64,000 nucleotides of DNA from NCBI RefSeq assembly GCF_003918875.1, contig NW_025765451.1:1-64000 (forward strand). The letters run 5' to 3'. The translations under genes and the position numbers were made by a program. This DNA is from Haliotis rubra (Eukaryota). Positions 1 through 12,944 of this stretch are shown piece by piece. The stretch's first letter is position 1; each line of letters begins with the position of its first letter. The notes below the pieces were generated by a model. That model was not told the DNA's origin, made no database searches, and worked only from the letters and a program-made list of their open reading frames with translations.

Positions 1-389
1 AAAACTAAGGCGGTGCATTGTGGGGCAGACCGCACCATTATCTGCAATCAGCATCAGCAGTTACAGCGCATCCCCATTTAGTCGACCACCCGACGATTAC
101 ATCTGGGGCTTGACGTGGCTCTGAATACCCGGCTCGTGTCGGAACATGGCGGTCAAAGTTCTAACAGTGGGAACTCCAGAAACGGATTGGCAGGTCATCT
201 CTGCTCACATAGTCACGAGAAACAGTGGTAGCTGCAATATATTCGACAAACGATTCATCTTTTACTGAATATTTTATATTCACCCTGAAAACATAGAATA
301 GTGTACTGTCATACGTAGGCGTTCCTAGGACAATACTTTCCTTTGTGCTTCCAGATTGTTCCTGAAGCCGTCTGTAGACCTACTTGGGT

Positions 390-790
390 GTAAAACAAGC
401 ATTCTAAGTTGTCTATTGTGCACTCAATTATATGCAAGCGTTCATTTGTCACTGCTAGTCTCGGTGTGTCACCAAAGCCCTTCTAAGTTGGCATATGCTC
501 TCCGTTGTCTGACATTCTAAGTTATGAAATATGTTCGGTGTATACAGAGCGGTATACAAAGTTGTAATATGTTTCGGTGTATGCAAACATTCTAAGTTGT
601 CATGTACTTTCCGGTGTGTGTATTCTAAGTTGTCATATTAGCTTTCAGTGTAATACAAGCATTCTAAGTTGTCATATGCTTTCCGGTGTATGCAAAGCAT
701 TCCTAGAAGTTAATCCGTATTAACAGTATGCAAGCATTCTAAGTTGTCATATGCTTTCCGATTAACATGCAAGCATTCACTCATGTATTT
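390..790. repeat. Minisatellite, about 38-41 bp unit (gcattctaagttgtcatatgctttccggtgtatgcaa)
   Basis: About 10 degenerate units. Confidence 0.85.
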
Positions 791-2559
791 TCGGTGGATG
801 CTCTCGTTTCAACAATGAATTCCATAATCCTTTGTATTTGGTAGTAAATGATATTTATGATTCATCTTTACCTTCAGCATTATCGACCTTCAATGGTGTG
901 ATTCATTCATCGATCTTGATTCAAGTCAAGCTACTGGAAATACGAGCTATCTGATATCGCCGCTGTATGGAGATGGTGCAAAGCCTATATTAAATATAAT
1001 CACTTGAAGCCTCAAAACATCGAGGGACAATTAAAACTGACGTAAAGCTGAACGGAGATCCACTCGGACCTCTGTTTGTGTGGGTGGGGTTAATATTTAG
1101 AGAGCCGGAATGACTCGTTCTTGTTCTATCATTCTGAACTAAGTTGGGAGTCTCCTTGGCTCTTTGGTGAAATTCAATTTCCTTTTTCTGCTTCCATATC
1201 GCCCTTGGTGACTGTAAAGTCTGACACGCCATTCTGTGAGCGTTTAATTTAAATTTCACCTTTCAGAGGTACCAGAAGGGCTGAACAACACGTGAAGGGT
1301 GATGGTAGACTTGACAATTTTCATTTCCATTAAATCCTTGATACAGGGGTTGGGATTGCTACAATATTAGATTTTGAAAATGCTTAGCAAGTAGAATTAA
1401 ATTCTCAAGCTGCAGTCACTTTTGTGATTTTTCTCTTGTGATTAAATAAGACTTGATTGATGAGGGCATTTACCTTCACATAGAAAAACTTACCTCTGAA
1501 TGTAAAATGAATTATTTCTCTTTCCACATTGATGCTTTTTTGCCATCGATGTTGGGGTGAATTGTATCCATTGTCTTTCTCTTGACCATTTCAAAGTCAC
1601 CACTGCTGGGGTACGTCAATTTTGAATGGGCACCCGGAAGTGTTTTCTTCATATTAGATGAGAAAGTCAATGACGGGCAGAAAGGAGGTTATAGCGGTTT
1701 GGGAGTTGAAACCAAACACCTCTTGGATTGTAAGCAATATTTGTTTTGTTTTAACTTACCGTACTCCAGCAATATCAGGCACTATGACTGTGGTTTAAAA
1801 AATACTGGAGTCAGGCCAGACAATCCAGTGATTGATATACGAAACACCAATCACAAGTGTGATATGATGTGCATCAACCGAGGTCAATTGAGCCTGTCCA
1901 TCCGATCTCTATTCAGGACAGCTTGACCTCTTCCTTCTTAATCAGGGTCGTCATTTCTGGCCTGCCTCGTCTGATGGAACATCTTGTCCACATCCCAACA
2001 AGGTGCCATGGCTACTTACAGCTGGAGGGAATACCTATTTGAATGTTGTTTTGTCATTAAACTCATTCTGTCTCCATATGAACGCTTAGAAACAATATTT
2101 GTGTATTGATGCTTGCGATATTATCATCCAGGAGCTATTATCCTAGGAGATATCGTTTTGATAGTAGATTTTTGTCACAAATACCCTGACGTCATCAATT
2201 GCATGGCTCACAAATACTATGACGTCAACAACATGATGACGTCTGGTATTGCCTTTTCTGCAGTCAATGGCAATTACCGGTGTTCAGAGATGTACATTTT
2301 CATTTGAAACTAATGAAGAGTGATTTTTGATGATAAATAGCATCTCACCCAAAGTGTACTGATATCAATTATATCCTTACAGGACGAGTAAAGAGTTACA
2401 AATATCCGAGGCTTTATGAGCCAATTTCTTTGAATACTATATGACTATTTGAATTGCATATTCTGCGGCACTGGGTATGTGAGCAGAGTAAATGTGTGGG
2501 TGGTTGAGTGGTTGGGTAGTTTGAGATCCATCAAACATTTGTAGACATGGAATAGGACA

Positions 2560-4200
2560 CCAGAAGTTGACATCTCAGGTTGATCTCTTTCTCTGGAGAA
2601 TCAGGTCTGCAGGATCACGAATGGACACAACAACCACTGGGCTAGCTCAGCACCCCAAGGTGGGAAGAAACTGCAACGTGTTATAGTCGTACACCAGATA
2701 GTTTGTTTTAGGATAAGGATGAAAATGTTGATATAAACAAGACTGTTGGTTGGTTGATATTCACGGGTTTATTGACGCAGACTTGGTGTTGACTTACAAC
2801 ACAGCTAAAGAGATCAGGTTTGTTTTGTTTCAAATACATGCATTACTTTGAACCCTGTTTGCTTCACCCCACTTATAGATGGATAATGTTCTTCTGCATC
2901 CCTGATGATGCCTATACCCATTACATCCACTGGGTGCAGGGTCATCATATGTACTGGTATATATATTTCTCACAGATACACGCGACCCTTAAAACCTCGG
3001 AGTGTTGACTCGATGTAGGTTGCAGTTTTTATTTCTGTAACGTGATGTACGTGACAGTCTTTCATTCCGAACTCCAAAAATACAACTTTCTGTTTGTCCA
3101 GCAGATTGGGTGTGAGGAGGAGTACATGATAAGCAATGTCAGACTGGTCGAGCTTCACCCCAGGTGCACAGTGAAGTCCGCGACGTCGGGGAGTGGGTAT
3201 CAGAACCAGTCTAGATGCCTACCTATATATAAATACGGAGCTTAGTTTGAGGGAAAACGCCACAGATCTCGAGTTAGCTTTTCGAGAAAGAACAGTTCAT
3301 TACGTTTTCTCGGTAGAAGTCTCGAGGGACGTTTATATTTGACTGCTGACCATGTGTATGTTGTGTTCTTACATGTGCATATATCCATAATTGGCACAAG
3401 AGACTGTCTTGTTGTATCCACTGTTTTCACTAAAAACGATTCCCTCAAGGTTCTTATGTTCCAACACTATCGTGACATGTAGCAGACAGAAAACACAAAC
3501 TAGAACAAACTTAAAATCAATCAATGTGTCATCGGGATATGGCTGAAGAGTGTTGTCTGCTCTGAGCCACGACTCGATAAGTACACCACAATAGATTAAC
3601 CCTTCAGCAGCATGTTGGAATGTCTGAATCTTTTCGTTTACAGATCACAACTCTAAACCATTCTAATATTGATCACAGATATTTTTTCCCAATGTCTGTG
3701 CGTGAAGGTCCCCTGGAGAGATGTCCAGGAGGTCTGAATACGTCTACAGAGTTCTTTCGGTTCGGACATTGAAAGGAGGGCTAACAATCTAACTGATTAA
3801 CTCAGTGTGATAAATATGTCTACATCATCATGGAAGCGTTGCAGCAACTTAATAAAGCATCAATGGCGAGCTTTCCCACTTGGCTTTTGTTCAACTAATT
3901 TCACTGGGAGAAAGCTTCAGGTGTCAAATTGCGTCCTCACTGTACTCATTCTGTAATTATATGTTTGTTGAGGTTCAACGCAGCAATGTGCAGTTCGAGG
4001 TAGATAGGTAGCCTTCTATTGCAGTGTAGTAACAGCCTCGGGGAGACTGCATAATTTTTCTTGATAAAGGTCCATAAATCCCTTGCTGTTCATGTCGGTA
4101 CGGAATCACTACTACCATAAATGTCTGATTAAAACATAATCGCTGAAAGAGATAGCTTTTTAGAGTGAGAGTACTCCTAAAGGGGTGGGATGGGTGGATA
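2560..4200 (-). pseudogene. cGLR-like pseudogene, type Y copy (diverged); a further partial copy lies at about 11870-12460 (-)
   Basis: Reverse homology to 25660-27530; KLDQSDIAYHVLLLTPNLLDKQK in ORF 2970-3158. Confidence 0.48.
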
Positions 4201-4539
4201 ATATCAACTCCCCTGGTATCCAGGGGAACACGGCAAATATATTCTTATTCCTTCGCATCCTGTATTTACAGCTGACATCCAAGAAACTTAGTACTGTGTG
4301 TCAACTTGCCACCACCCTCCATACTGGTAATGTACTGGATTCCCTAGAAGAACCGCTGAGCTGGGCCAATATGTCCACACCGTTAATCTGCAAGGGGAAC
4401 ACTGTCATTTTAAACTAAAAAGTGACTATGAAAAAAAACAGCAAAACCACTTTCCTCCACTTTTATAAGACGAGATTCTTTGGATTAGTTTGTAGACATC
4501 CTGTAGAATTCCCTAAGACCAGTTGAAATCACGGTTTAT

Positions 4540-6230
4540 ACCATGGCTGCTTTTGCATATAGTGACGTGCATGCACGTGTTTGTAGCTACTCGTACTGGT
4601 TCATGCCGAAGACGCGATTTATTGTGCTAACAGACGTAAAATAATATGAAATGCAGTCTGACCGTTGGTGCCGCAGCCTGACACAGCATACCAGACTCGA
4701 CCAATCCTTCTTTAATCTGCTTAATGCTATCTGATGGCAGGATAACCTTACATAACGGGGCGGGACCATCGGCTAAGGAGCAGCTCTGCAACTCAACATA
4801 AGATATGACCGACCATACAGGGAACAATTAGAGTGCCCCTTCCACAGCTGCCAATACACATTAGCGGTAATGGTGACAGTGCCTCATGTCTAGCGACCTT
4901 GGACTGCTGTGTCCTAGAATCCACAGTAATGAAGGCCTTCCGTGACCGATGTGCCCAGTGCTGTTGTCAGCTGTACCTGACGATTATTGAAGTCAGGGGA
5001 CTGGCTCTCCGGCACAGTATCTCCTCTCTGGGGGTGGCATGGAGTCAAAAGTCAAGAAGGAACGATCAATTTACTCTAAATACAGGTTAATTATCTTCTA
5101 CGAGCAGCTAGGGAGTTCATGCGCGTTTCAAATAAATGGCTTTGACTGACAATGCAAGCATATATTTTATCACCATCACTCCACACAGAAAAAAAACTCT
5201 TAAAATCTGAAAACGTGATAATCCATCGTAAATGCTCAATCCTTCAATCAAAGCCACAAGCAATAATCATCTGTGTTTCTTTCTGGATGGCCCCGCTCGA
5301 ATGATACAATCATCACTCTTACACCCTGATTGCGGGAAAGTCTCATGTCTTTTTAGTCACGTTCAACTTTGGTGGTGATTATAGGGTAATATGCAGCGCT
5401 ATATAGACTCTTTCGGACAAGAAGCTCTCAGGTCCTCAACATGTCTCTGTTGAGGATGACCTAGACTTCTATGGGACTATTTGGAATTGAACAGGAATAT
5501 TTTCTTTCTTGAAAGCGAATTGCTTACTATTATGCTCGACAATGCGATTACTGGTTCGTGGAGTTGTGATGTGTTTGTCCATTTACTGGAATTGTAACAG
5601 TCGTCAGAGGGCCTTCATACAGCAGCATGCAAAGTCTATGCTGAAATGTCACGCTGGACTGCAAGATTGCCACTGGACGATATTGGGTGAAAGTCGAACA
5701 ATACATACATACAGCACACGCCCTCCACAGATCAACAGTCAACACAAGATGATTACTGCCACTCCAAAGTAAAATCTGTCTTTTATGCCGTGTAAATAAT
5801 TTTTGTGCTCCAGATCAAGATGGGATCAGAAACCACAGTTTTATCGGTGTCAAGTTAATTTGTCATTCTTGGCCTCAAGTCCACTATTCGAACAGTGACG
5901 GAAAATCATGCCTTCAGTTATTGTGGGACTACTGGTTGAAAACACTCCCATCTTTATCTGCTTTATTTTGGGTACGTTAGAGGGCCTGAGTGTATGCTCC
6001 TTCTGTCCATGATTAGTTGTGTGGGGTGCTTAACAACTGCTAATGACGATGGGAGACTCCACAACTAATAGTGGATGACATTGGTATATTTTTTATATCA
6101 GCATGCAGCCAATTCGTGCCCAGTTCAATATCACAGGATTGGAATGGCATCTGGGAAGCAATCATCAATGTTCAAGATTAAAAGTACACTGTCGCTTCTC
6201 TCGTTGACAAAAACGGCATGGATAAGCGCG
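4540..6230 (-). pseudogene. cGLR-like pseudogene, type X copy (diverged, internal deletion)
   Basis: Homologous to 23540-25600 in reverse. C-terminal KEGLVES...VRL..LFY in ORF 4627-4827. Confidence 0.52.
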
Positions 6231-6353
6231 ATGCTTTGTGTAGTTAATGCTGGTAATGGGGGTGAAAAATAATAAATGTAAGTAAATATATGATATATTT
6301 ACTGCTTTGAAGGATTTCTCACCTGTATTTGAAATATAGCCTGAACATAACAG

Positions 6354-7042
6354 TGTTGAGAGTCTGTCTTTTTGTAATTTGTGATATTATTGATTGAATG
6401 ATAGTTATTATGGGTCCACAATAATGTTTAAAGTTTGGAGTGTGGACACGGATGCTTTTCGCATCATATATGTTCAATAGCAATTTTATTTTAGCAGTAC
6501 GCCTTTGAGAGTAGAGCTCCAGTTACCTGCCTTGGCTTTATTTCTGTTTTGACCGGTCATTACGTTCCACAGATTTCCATAAAGTTCAGTGGATTAAAAG
6601 ATGTTCCAGACTCTGTGTCCAGTATATATATAAAGGCTAGTTGTTGTATTTATCCTACACACAGGGACTACAACACGGAATTACACGGGACTTTCTTATC
6701 ACTGGAGTTGTGTACATCTCTTTCTGCGTTATCACTTACCTACCGTCGTCTGTCGTACATCGTCCAAGACCAGTTTGTCTACTTAACATTGTAAACTATC
6801 TTCAATTAGAATATCTGCTCTCATTGTAGATATCAAGGCTCGTGGTGAGTTAATATCTTATTTGGCCCGATACTGTGGGTTTGTGACTCAATTGCATTGT
6901 ACTCAATATCTGTATTGTCATTCATTGTAGCTTGCTCATTGTTTTGCTCAATATGTTATTGAAATATTTTAGACTTGTCTGTGTTATCTTTGCTGGTTCA
7001 ATGGGATTCTTAAAACCTTTCGGCAATTATTTAACAGCAACA
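6354..7042 (+). mobile_element. Solo LTR (Gypsy-type)
   Basis: TG...CA ends and 4-bp TSD acag (6350-6353, 7043-7046). The empty site is present in the paralogous copy near 23390-23410. Homologous to 33938-34617. Confidence 0.85.
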
Positions 7043-10000
7043 ACAGCACTGTTTGGAAAACTGATTGCTGATGTATTAATTGTCCAGAGCTGCTGGTTGG
7101 CCAAGTCGTCAAAACACTGCCATTGACAGATTTTTCAGAGGTTGCTATGGGTGAGCAGAAAACCTTGATGGCTGCTACGGAATTCGTTATCATTGCCCAG
7201 CTACAATCTATGGGTCCCCACCAGCCTCATTCTTCTGATCTGTAGCTCTGTCAGACGTCATTTTTGATTCTGCGATGACGTCATAGCGGCTGAAACCCTT
7301 TCAAAGACTAAGCCAGGGGAGGACGTCACCATAATTCCCCTCAACCCTTGGTTTTGGAAAGAGTATATCAGTGGAAGGATTTTGCAGAAGAATTAAATAA
7401 TTTTCCGTTTTGTCTTATTAAGCGGACTTACATTAATGTAATACACCAAAATAACGTTTAGAAACAAACAATCAGTTGGACTTAACTCTGTTCTGATGGT
7501 TTGAAGAGCTCTGTGAAGTCCAAAGTGACCGCTGACAGACTTCTAATTGAACCGACAAATTGTTGAAAATCAGTAATTTCTTCTCTAAAATATTTATTTT
7601 TGTTTACTGAAACTTTTCCAAGCGTGTAAATGAATTTAAGATACTAGAATCAGACCCTCCCATTGGTATTGGCATGTAGCTTTGTGAACAAATTCCTTGC
7701 AATGAAATTATCGATACCTAAATCATGAATCCAATGAGAATCCGATCAATCCTTCCCCAGCCTTCCTCATGTTGCATTTATGTTAGAAGAAATGGTGCCT
7801 GTTTCACGTAATTTTCAAAATTACAAGAGCAACACATGCACAACTGCGGGGAACGATTTGGGAATTTTGTCAAGACGTCATCACATATCCTTCGGTAATG
7901 TTAGTTAACCATGATTGGTGTTGGGGACAAGGCCGCCGCAATTTTCCTAGTGAATGGAATATAGTCGTTTTGCGTGTCGTTGGGAGGAATTTTCAGTATA
8001 TTTGAAATGTGCTCAGCTTTTGTTTTGACACATATCGAAAGCATACTCTGAGCTCATTTTAATTCGATTTTGGGTCGATGGTGAAAAATAGACAATATAT
8101 TCATTACGATAACTTGTTTTACATTTGTCCCAGGTTTTTCACTTAAACTGAACATTACTCTCGCTTACACCACAAACACTTGCTCCTTTTCTGTTTTCTC
8201 CTGCATGTTTATGTGAAATCTGAACTGTTAAACGCGGAAAGTTAATTAGTGCTCCAACCAATGCTTCAGCATCACGGTGTTTACTTTTATTAATCAGTTT
8301 ACGTCATGCCATTACAACGGTAAAAAGACAAAACAGGGGAAGCCATCAACACCGTGTTGACGGGTTATTGAAAGGGTGTAAAGTGTGGGACAACGAGACA
8401 GTTAAGTAATCTCTTTATGTTTGGTCCCGTTTGCTCCTGTGGATTAATGTATTAGGCTTTATCTCGACTTTGAGCCATGTTGAGTATCTATTACAATTTC
8501 GTTCTAAGGCTTTAGATATTAATGCTCCTAAAATTATATTAATACGCATTAAAAGGTTATGGTCGGGTTTTTCAATCCATTAAGGTTGGTTTTCTCCTTT
8601 GGCTCATGTTTGGCGTAATGCTTTAGACGGCAGTAAATATTATTTAAGAATTATTTATTCAGTTGACAGCATGCTGTTCACCCACACTTTCCGGACATTT
8701 GAGGAATAACCTGACTGAGGTCTTGTCCCCGAGCAGTGATGTAGCCTGTGATTACTTGATCAGCGGTCCGTATAATGTGGAGCCTTGAAAGTCGAGTAGT
8801 ATTATATATGCCGCGCACGTTTTTCTTAATCATGGAATCTGTTTCTAGTTTCATTCCGAGGAATTAGATGTATTCATCCTGACCAAACAGTTACCAAGTA
8901 AAATATACAATTTCATCATTCAAATCTTTAAGGCTTTGAATGCACCAATAGATCATGTGTGATATAGAAAGATTGCAGTTGTGATGCGATTTAATGTCAG
9001 TACATTAAGATGGAAACTTTAGATACTATTTCATTCTATTGAATTGCAAGATGTGGACATTCTGAATAGTACTTGTCATTCAATATCGTTAAATTGAAGT
9101 GATAATTACTATTCTTTATAAAGCTAGATGAAGTTCATTTTATAGTATCATGTCTTCTGATTCAAGGGTATAAACCGTTCATTATGCTCCATATAACAAC
9201 CACCCCTCCGTGGGTGTAGTGGTTAGAGCGATCACTCCCACGGGCGGAAGGTCGCAGGTTCGATCCCAGGGTATCTTACCAAACTATGGTACTATTTAGC
9301 ATTCATAGATTTACAACAAGGACTGGTCAGCTAGGAGACATTATAATTTATCTAGGTGGGGTATTCATGCAAAATGCAGCCTGGTATCTGAATAAAACTT
9401 GCACTATAAAACCAGCTTAACTCTGGAGCTGGTACAAACTGGCCACACATACGAGCATACACGTCGTCATTTGATCAAGTGTTCTCACCCTCATATAACA
9501 ACGTGCAGCTGGGACCAACTGCAACAGTATTAGGCAGCCGTGAATTAAGATAATATCTTGTCAGACATATCATCATCATGGCACATTATCCGTCATCGCG
9601 TCCCTTACAAGTGCTTATAAATTCCCCACCATGGTTCCCTAGTGTGGTGGATAGCACTTATCCGGTTAGACGACTGCCAATGTTTTCATGGCCATTATTG
9701 TTGTCCGAATAGGACTCTGTAACGTTAGTGCTAGTTTTGGCGTAGAAGTTAACTCACTCATCCTAGTCAGGAGTTACGCCACCGTAATATTTCTGGAGAT
9801 GGTTTTAAAGCGGCAATAAACAGTATTCATTCGCTAATATCCATTTTTGATAGTGCTTTGACGCCAACCGAGCTGTTGTAAAACCTAAATAGCCCTCAGT
9901 CACATTGCAGGGTGAAGACCCATACACCCCATTATCTACGAATCAACATCAATAGTAACAGCGCATCCCCATTTTAGTCGACCCTTACGACGATTACATC

Positions 10001-11204
10001 TGGGGCTTGACGTGGCTCTGAATACCCAAAGGGCACTCATGTCAGGACTGGCATGGCGGTCAAGGACAGCTGAGGAAGAAAACTCAACAGAATGATTTAA
10101 GTGACGAGAAACAGTAGCTACTGATATATATGACAGACCTTAATCGTTCTCCGTTCTCGTTTACCTTTAACTGAATGTTTTATATAGCTGCGATTGAAGC
10201 AATCATTCGAGGGTTTGTATTCTCAAATGCACGTACAAACATTTTGGATGAACTCTCCGGTGAATGCAAGCATCAATAACAAGAACAATACAAGCATTCT
10301 AAGAAATTGATCATGTACGTGCATTCGCTTCAAATAAACAATGAACAATCTGGCTGCCCTTTATGTTGATAAATAATGTATTCCTTGAAAATCCATATTT
10401 CTTCTCAGCATTACCTGGCAGCCTTCGTCTATGACCACAATGGTTTGTGTTTTATCGATCTTGAGTTCAGTCGAAGCCTACTGGAATGCGACTATCTGGT
10501 GTCGCCGCTTTATGGAATGGTGCAAGCCTATATTAATATAATCACTTGCTTGAAGCACTAAAACATCGCGGGATGAACTTGACGTAGCTGAACCGCTTGG
10601 AGATCCGCTCACGGACCTCATCTGTGTCGGGTGAGTTAGTATGTTAGAGACAGGTGGCTCCGTTCATGTTGTTCTAACTCGTACTGAACTAGGTTGGGGA
10701 GTCTCATTTGCTCTTTGTTGAAATTCAATTTCCTTTTTCTAACACATCGTCCCCTTGATTGCACAACAAAGATTGACACCATTTCTGTGAGGTTTTAATT
10801 TAACTACCCTTCCAAAGATAACAGGGGCTAAACAAGATGTGAAGAGGGGTTGATGATAAACGACGGATTTCATTTCCTGCCATTACAAGTCATTTGTGGC
10901 CAGAATTATTAGGTTCAGAAAGTATTCCAAACTTCTGTGCGGTTAGAAACTCCTATTTCAATATTCAAAGGCATTTCGAGAATTTCTCTTTGTATGCATC
11001 TAAAGTAACTTCTGCCGTTGAGTTTCTATTTCATTTTTTCTTTGTGATAAATGTTTTCGAGACTAAATGGGCACCGGATAGAGTTTTCTTCATGTTTGGA
11101 ACAGTCATGCAGGTGTTTAGTGATATCTTGTCTCCTTGATGGTGAATTAAAAGTGTGTATTTGTTGGTTCAGTCCCATCAGGATTCAAGAGCCCACACTC
11201 ACAA

Positions 11205-11355
11205 GTTAGGCTGAGTGGGTTAGACGGCTGACTTTGTGTGCTGGCCGTTAGGTGCCACAAACTCAGGGTGTGGGTTCGAATCCGGGATGGGATAACTAAC
11301 AAAAAGTACTAGAATCTTACTTTGCTTGAAAGTGTAAAACCCACTCACTCATTCG
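11205..11355 (+). mobile_element. Probable additional tRNA-derived SINE
   Basis: ggctgagtgg A-box-like, ggttcgaatcc B box and (actc)n tail. Confidence 0.5.
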
Positions 11356-12944
11356 ACCACTGACACCACCCACCCACTCACTCACGGTAGCTCGCTCTAT
11401 AATGCATTGTTATGGACAAAGTAACGATGGAACAGTGCTGGGGCGGTGAAAAACATCCTCACTCACTCACTCCAGCAATCGCTCCACTCACTCAACCACC
11501 AACCCATCCCACCCTCGTTCACTCGGTTAACCACCAACCCATCCCGCCCACCCACTCGCTCACTCCAGTTGTCGCTGAACCACCACCCATACCCACGCAC
11601 TCCTCCCCTTCACTCATTCCTGATATTTATTATGTATTCAACCCAGGATACTGAATGAGTGACTGTTCGAGCCACCATGCCATAGAAAATTACCTGGGGG
11701 CTGTGGGATGGCTAATATGGTCAAAGCGTCCGCTCGTCGAGCCCAGACCGGTTTCGATTCATCATGAAACACAATGGTAGCAGAGCCATTTCTAGTGTCC
11801 CCGCCCGTGATATTGCTGGAATATTACTAAAGCGCGGCGAAACCATACTCACTTGCCTCGCAAATTACCACACACACAAAATCGACCGTTTAGATCCAAA
11901 ACTACAAAACCATTTAATAGCTGATCCACCAGATATTTTTTTCCCAATGGCTGTGTACATGATGGTTCCTGGAACATGTCTGCAGTGTCATTACGATCAA
12001 CCCTTCGGCTTTGACAGTGAAATGGCTAGTTCAACACAGGTAACTCGATGTTTCGCAAACAATTTCTACATCATCAACAGAATCGACACTGTAGCAATAT
12101 AAGCGTATCAATACTGCTACTTGACTCAGCATAGTTCCAGCAGTCCCATTGACTAATTTCCTGGGGATACATCAGCTGTGTCAGACACGTCTCATAACTC
12201 ATTCCGTAATTATTTTGCTTGTGAAGGGTTCAACACGCTTAATGTGCAGAAAGTTGAGGTGGGTGGGTATCTTCACTGCAGCAGTGTAACAGGTCTCAGG
12301 GGAGACCCCGCATCATTTCTGATATAAGGTCACTCATTAGGTGTTGTTCATGTCAGTACTGATCTACAGCCACACCCAACAAATGTCAGGTGAAAAATAA
12401 TCTTTGAATGGCATTTAGAGTGGCATTCATAAGTGTCTTAAAATGTTGTGAGTCAACTTCCTGTGTTCTGGTTGCACCACCGTTTCGGGGATTATTCTTA
12501 TTCGCTGGCAACCACCTAAATGTTTTCTTGTATCCCTTTGTTGTAGGTAAATGTCTGCCTGTATTCCTCCTTGAGACGGTAGTTTCCATCCACAAATGTT
12601 ACGCCTATATGTCAGACTGTGTCAACTCATCAACCATGACTGTTTCTACTGGCACTAAACTACACAGAGGAACCTGGCTGGGTTACTGATACATCCGCAA
12701 AGGAAGACATCCGCAGTAATGTCATTTACATATAAGATGAAAAAGCAACAAATAGCTGTTTCGTGGGACTCTGCACGATGCGTTGGCCTTATTACAGATT
12801 ATATCCCTCCATCTTCTGATATCGTCTGTCAGATCTGCAAAATCTGTATGATGGTTCTCAAAGCCATGTATCATCATGGGCGATTTGGCACCAACAGAAG
12901 AGCCACCTCCTGCATTAGTGGGTGCTGGAGTAATCCTAAAAGGC

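Larger units (their letters stand above)
2950..9600. repeat. Inverted, more diverged duplicate of about 20680-27300
   Basis: Same order of sub-blocks (gene relics, mariner relic, SINE) on the opposite strand. Confidence 0.88.

Noticed and set aside
3136-3240. MSDWSS resembling an F-box start
   Set aside because: No LP..I...IF..L continuation in any copy; the opposite strand reads better.
5268-5300. HLCFFLDG resembling a NACHT Walker B motif
   Set aside because: No Walker A nearby, and it is the antisense of the better-supported HPE...W segment.
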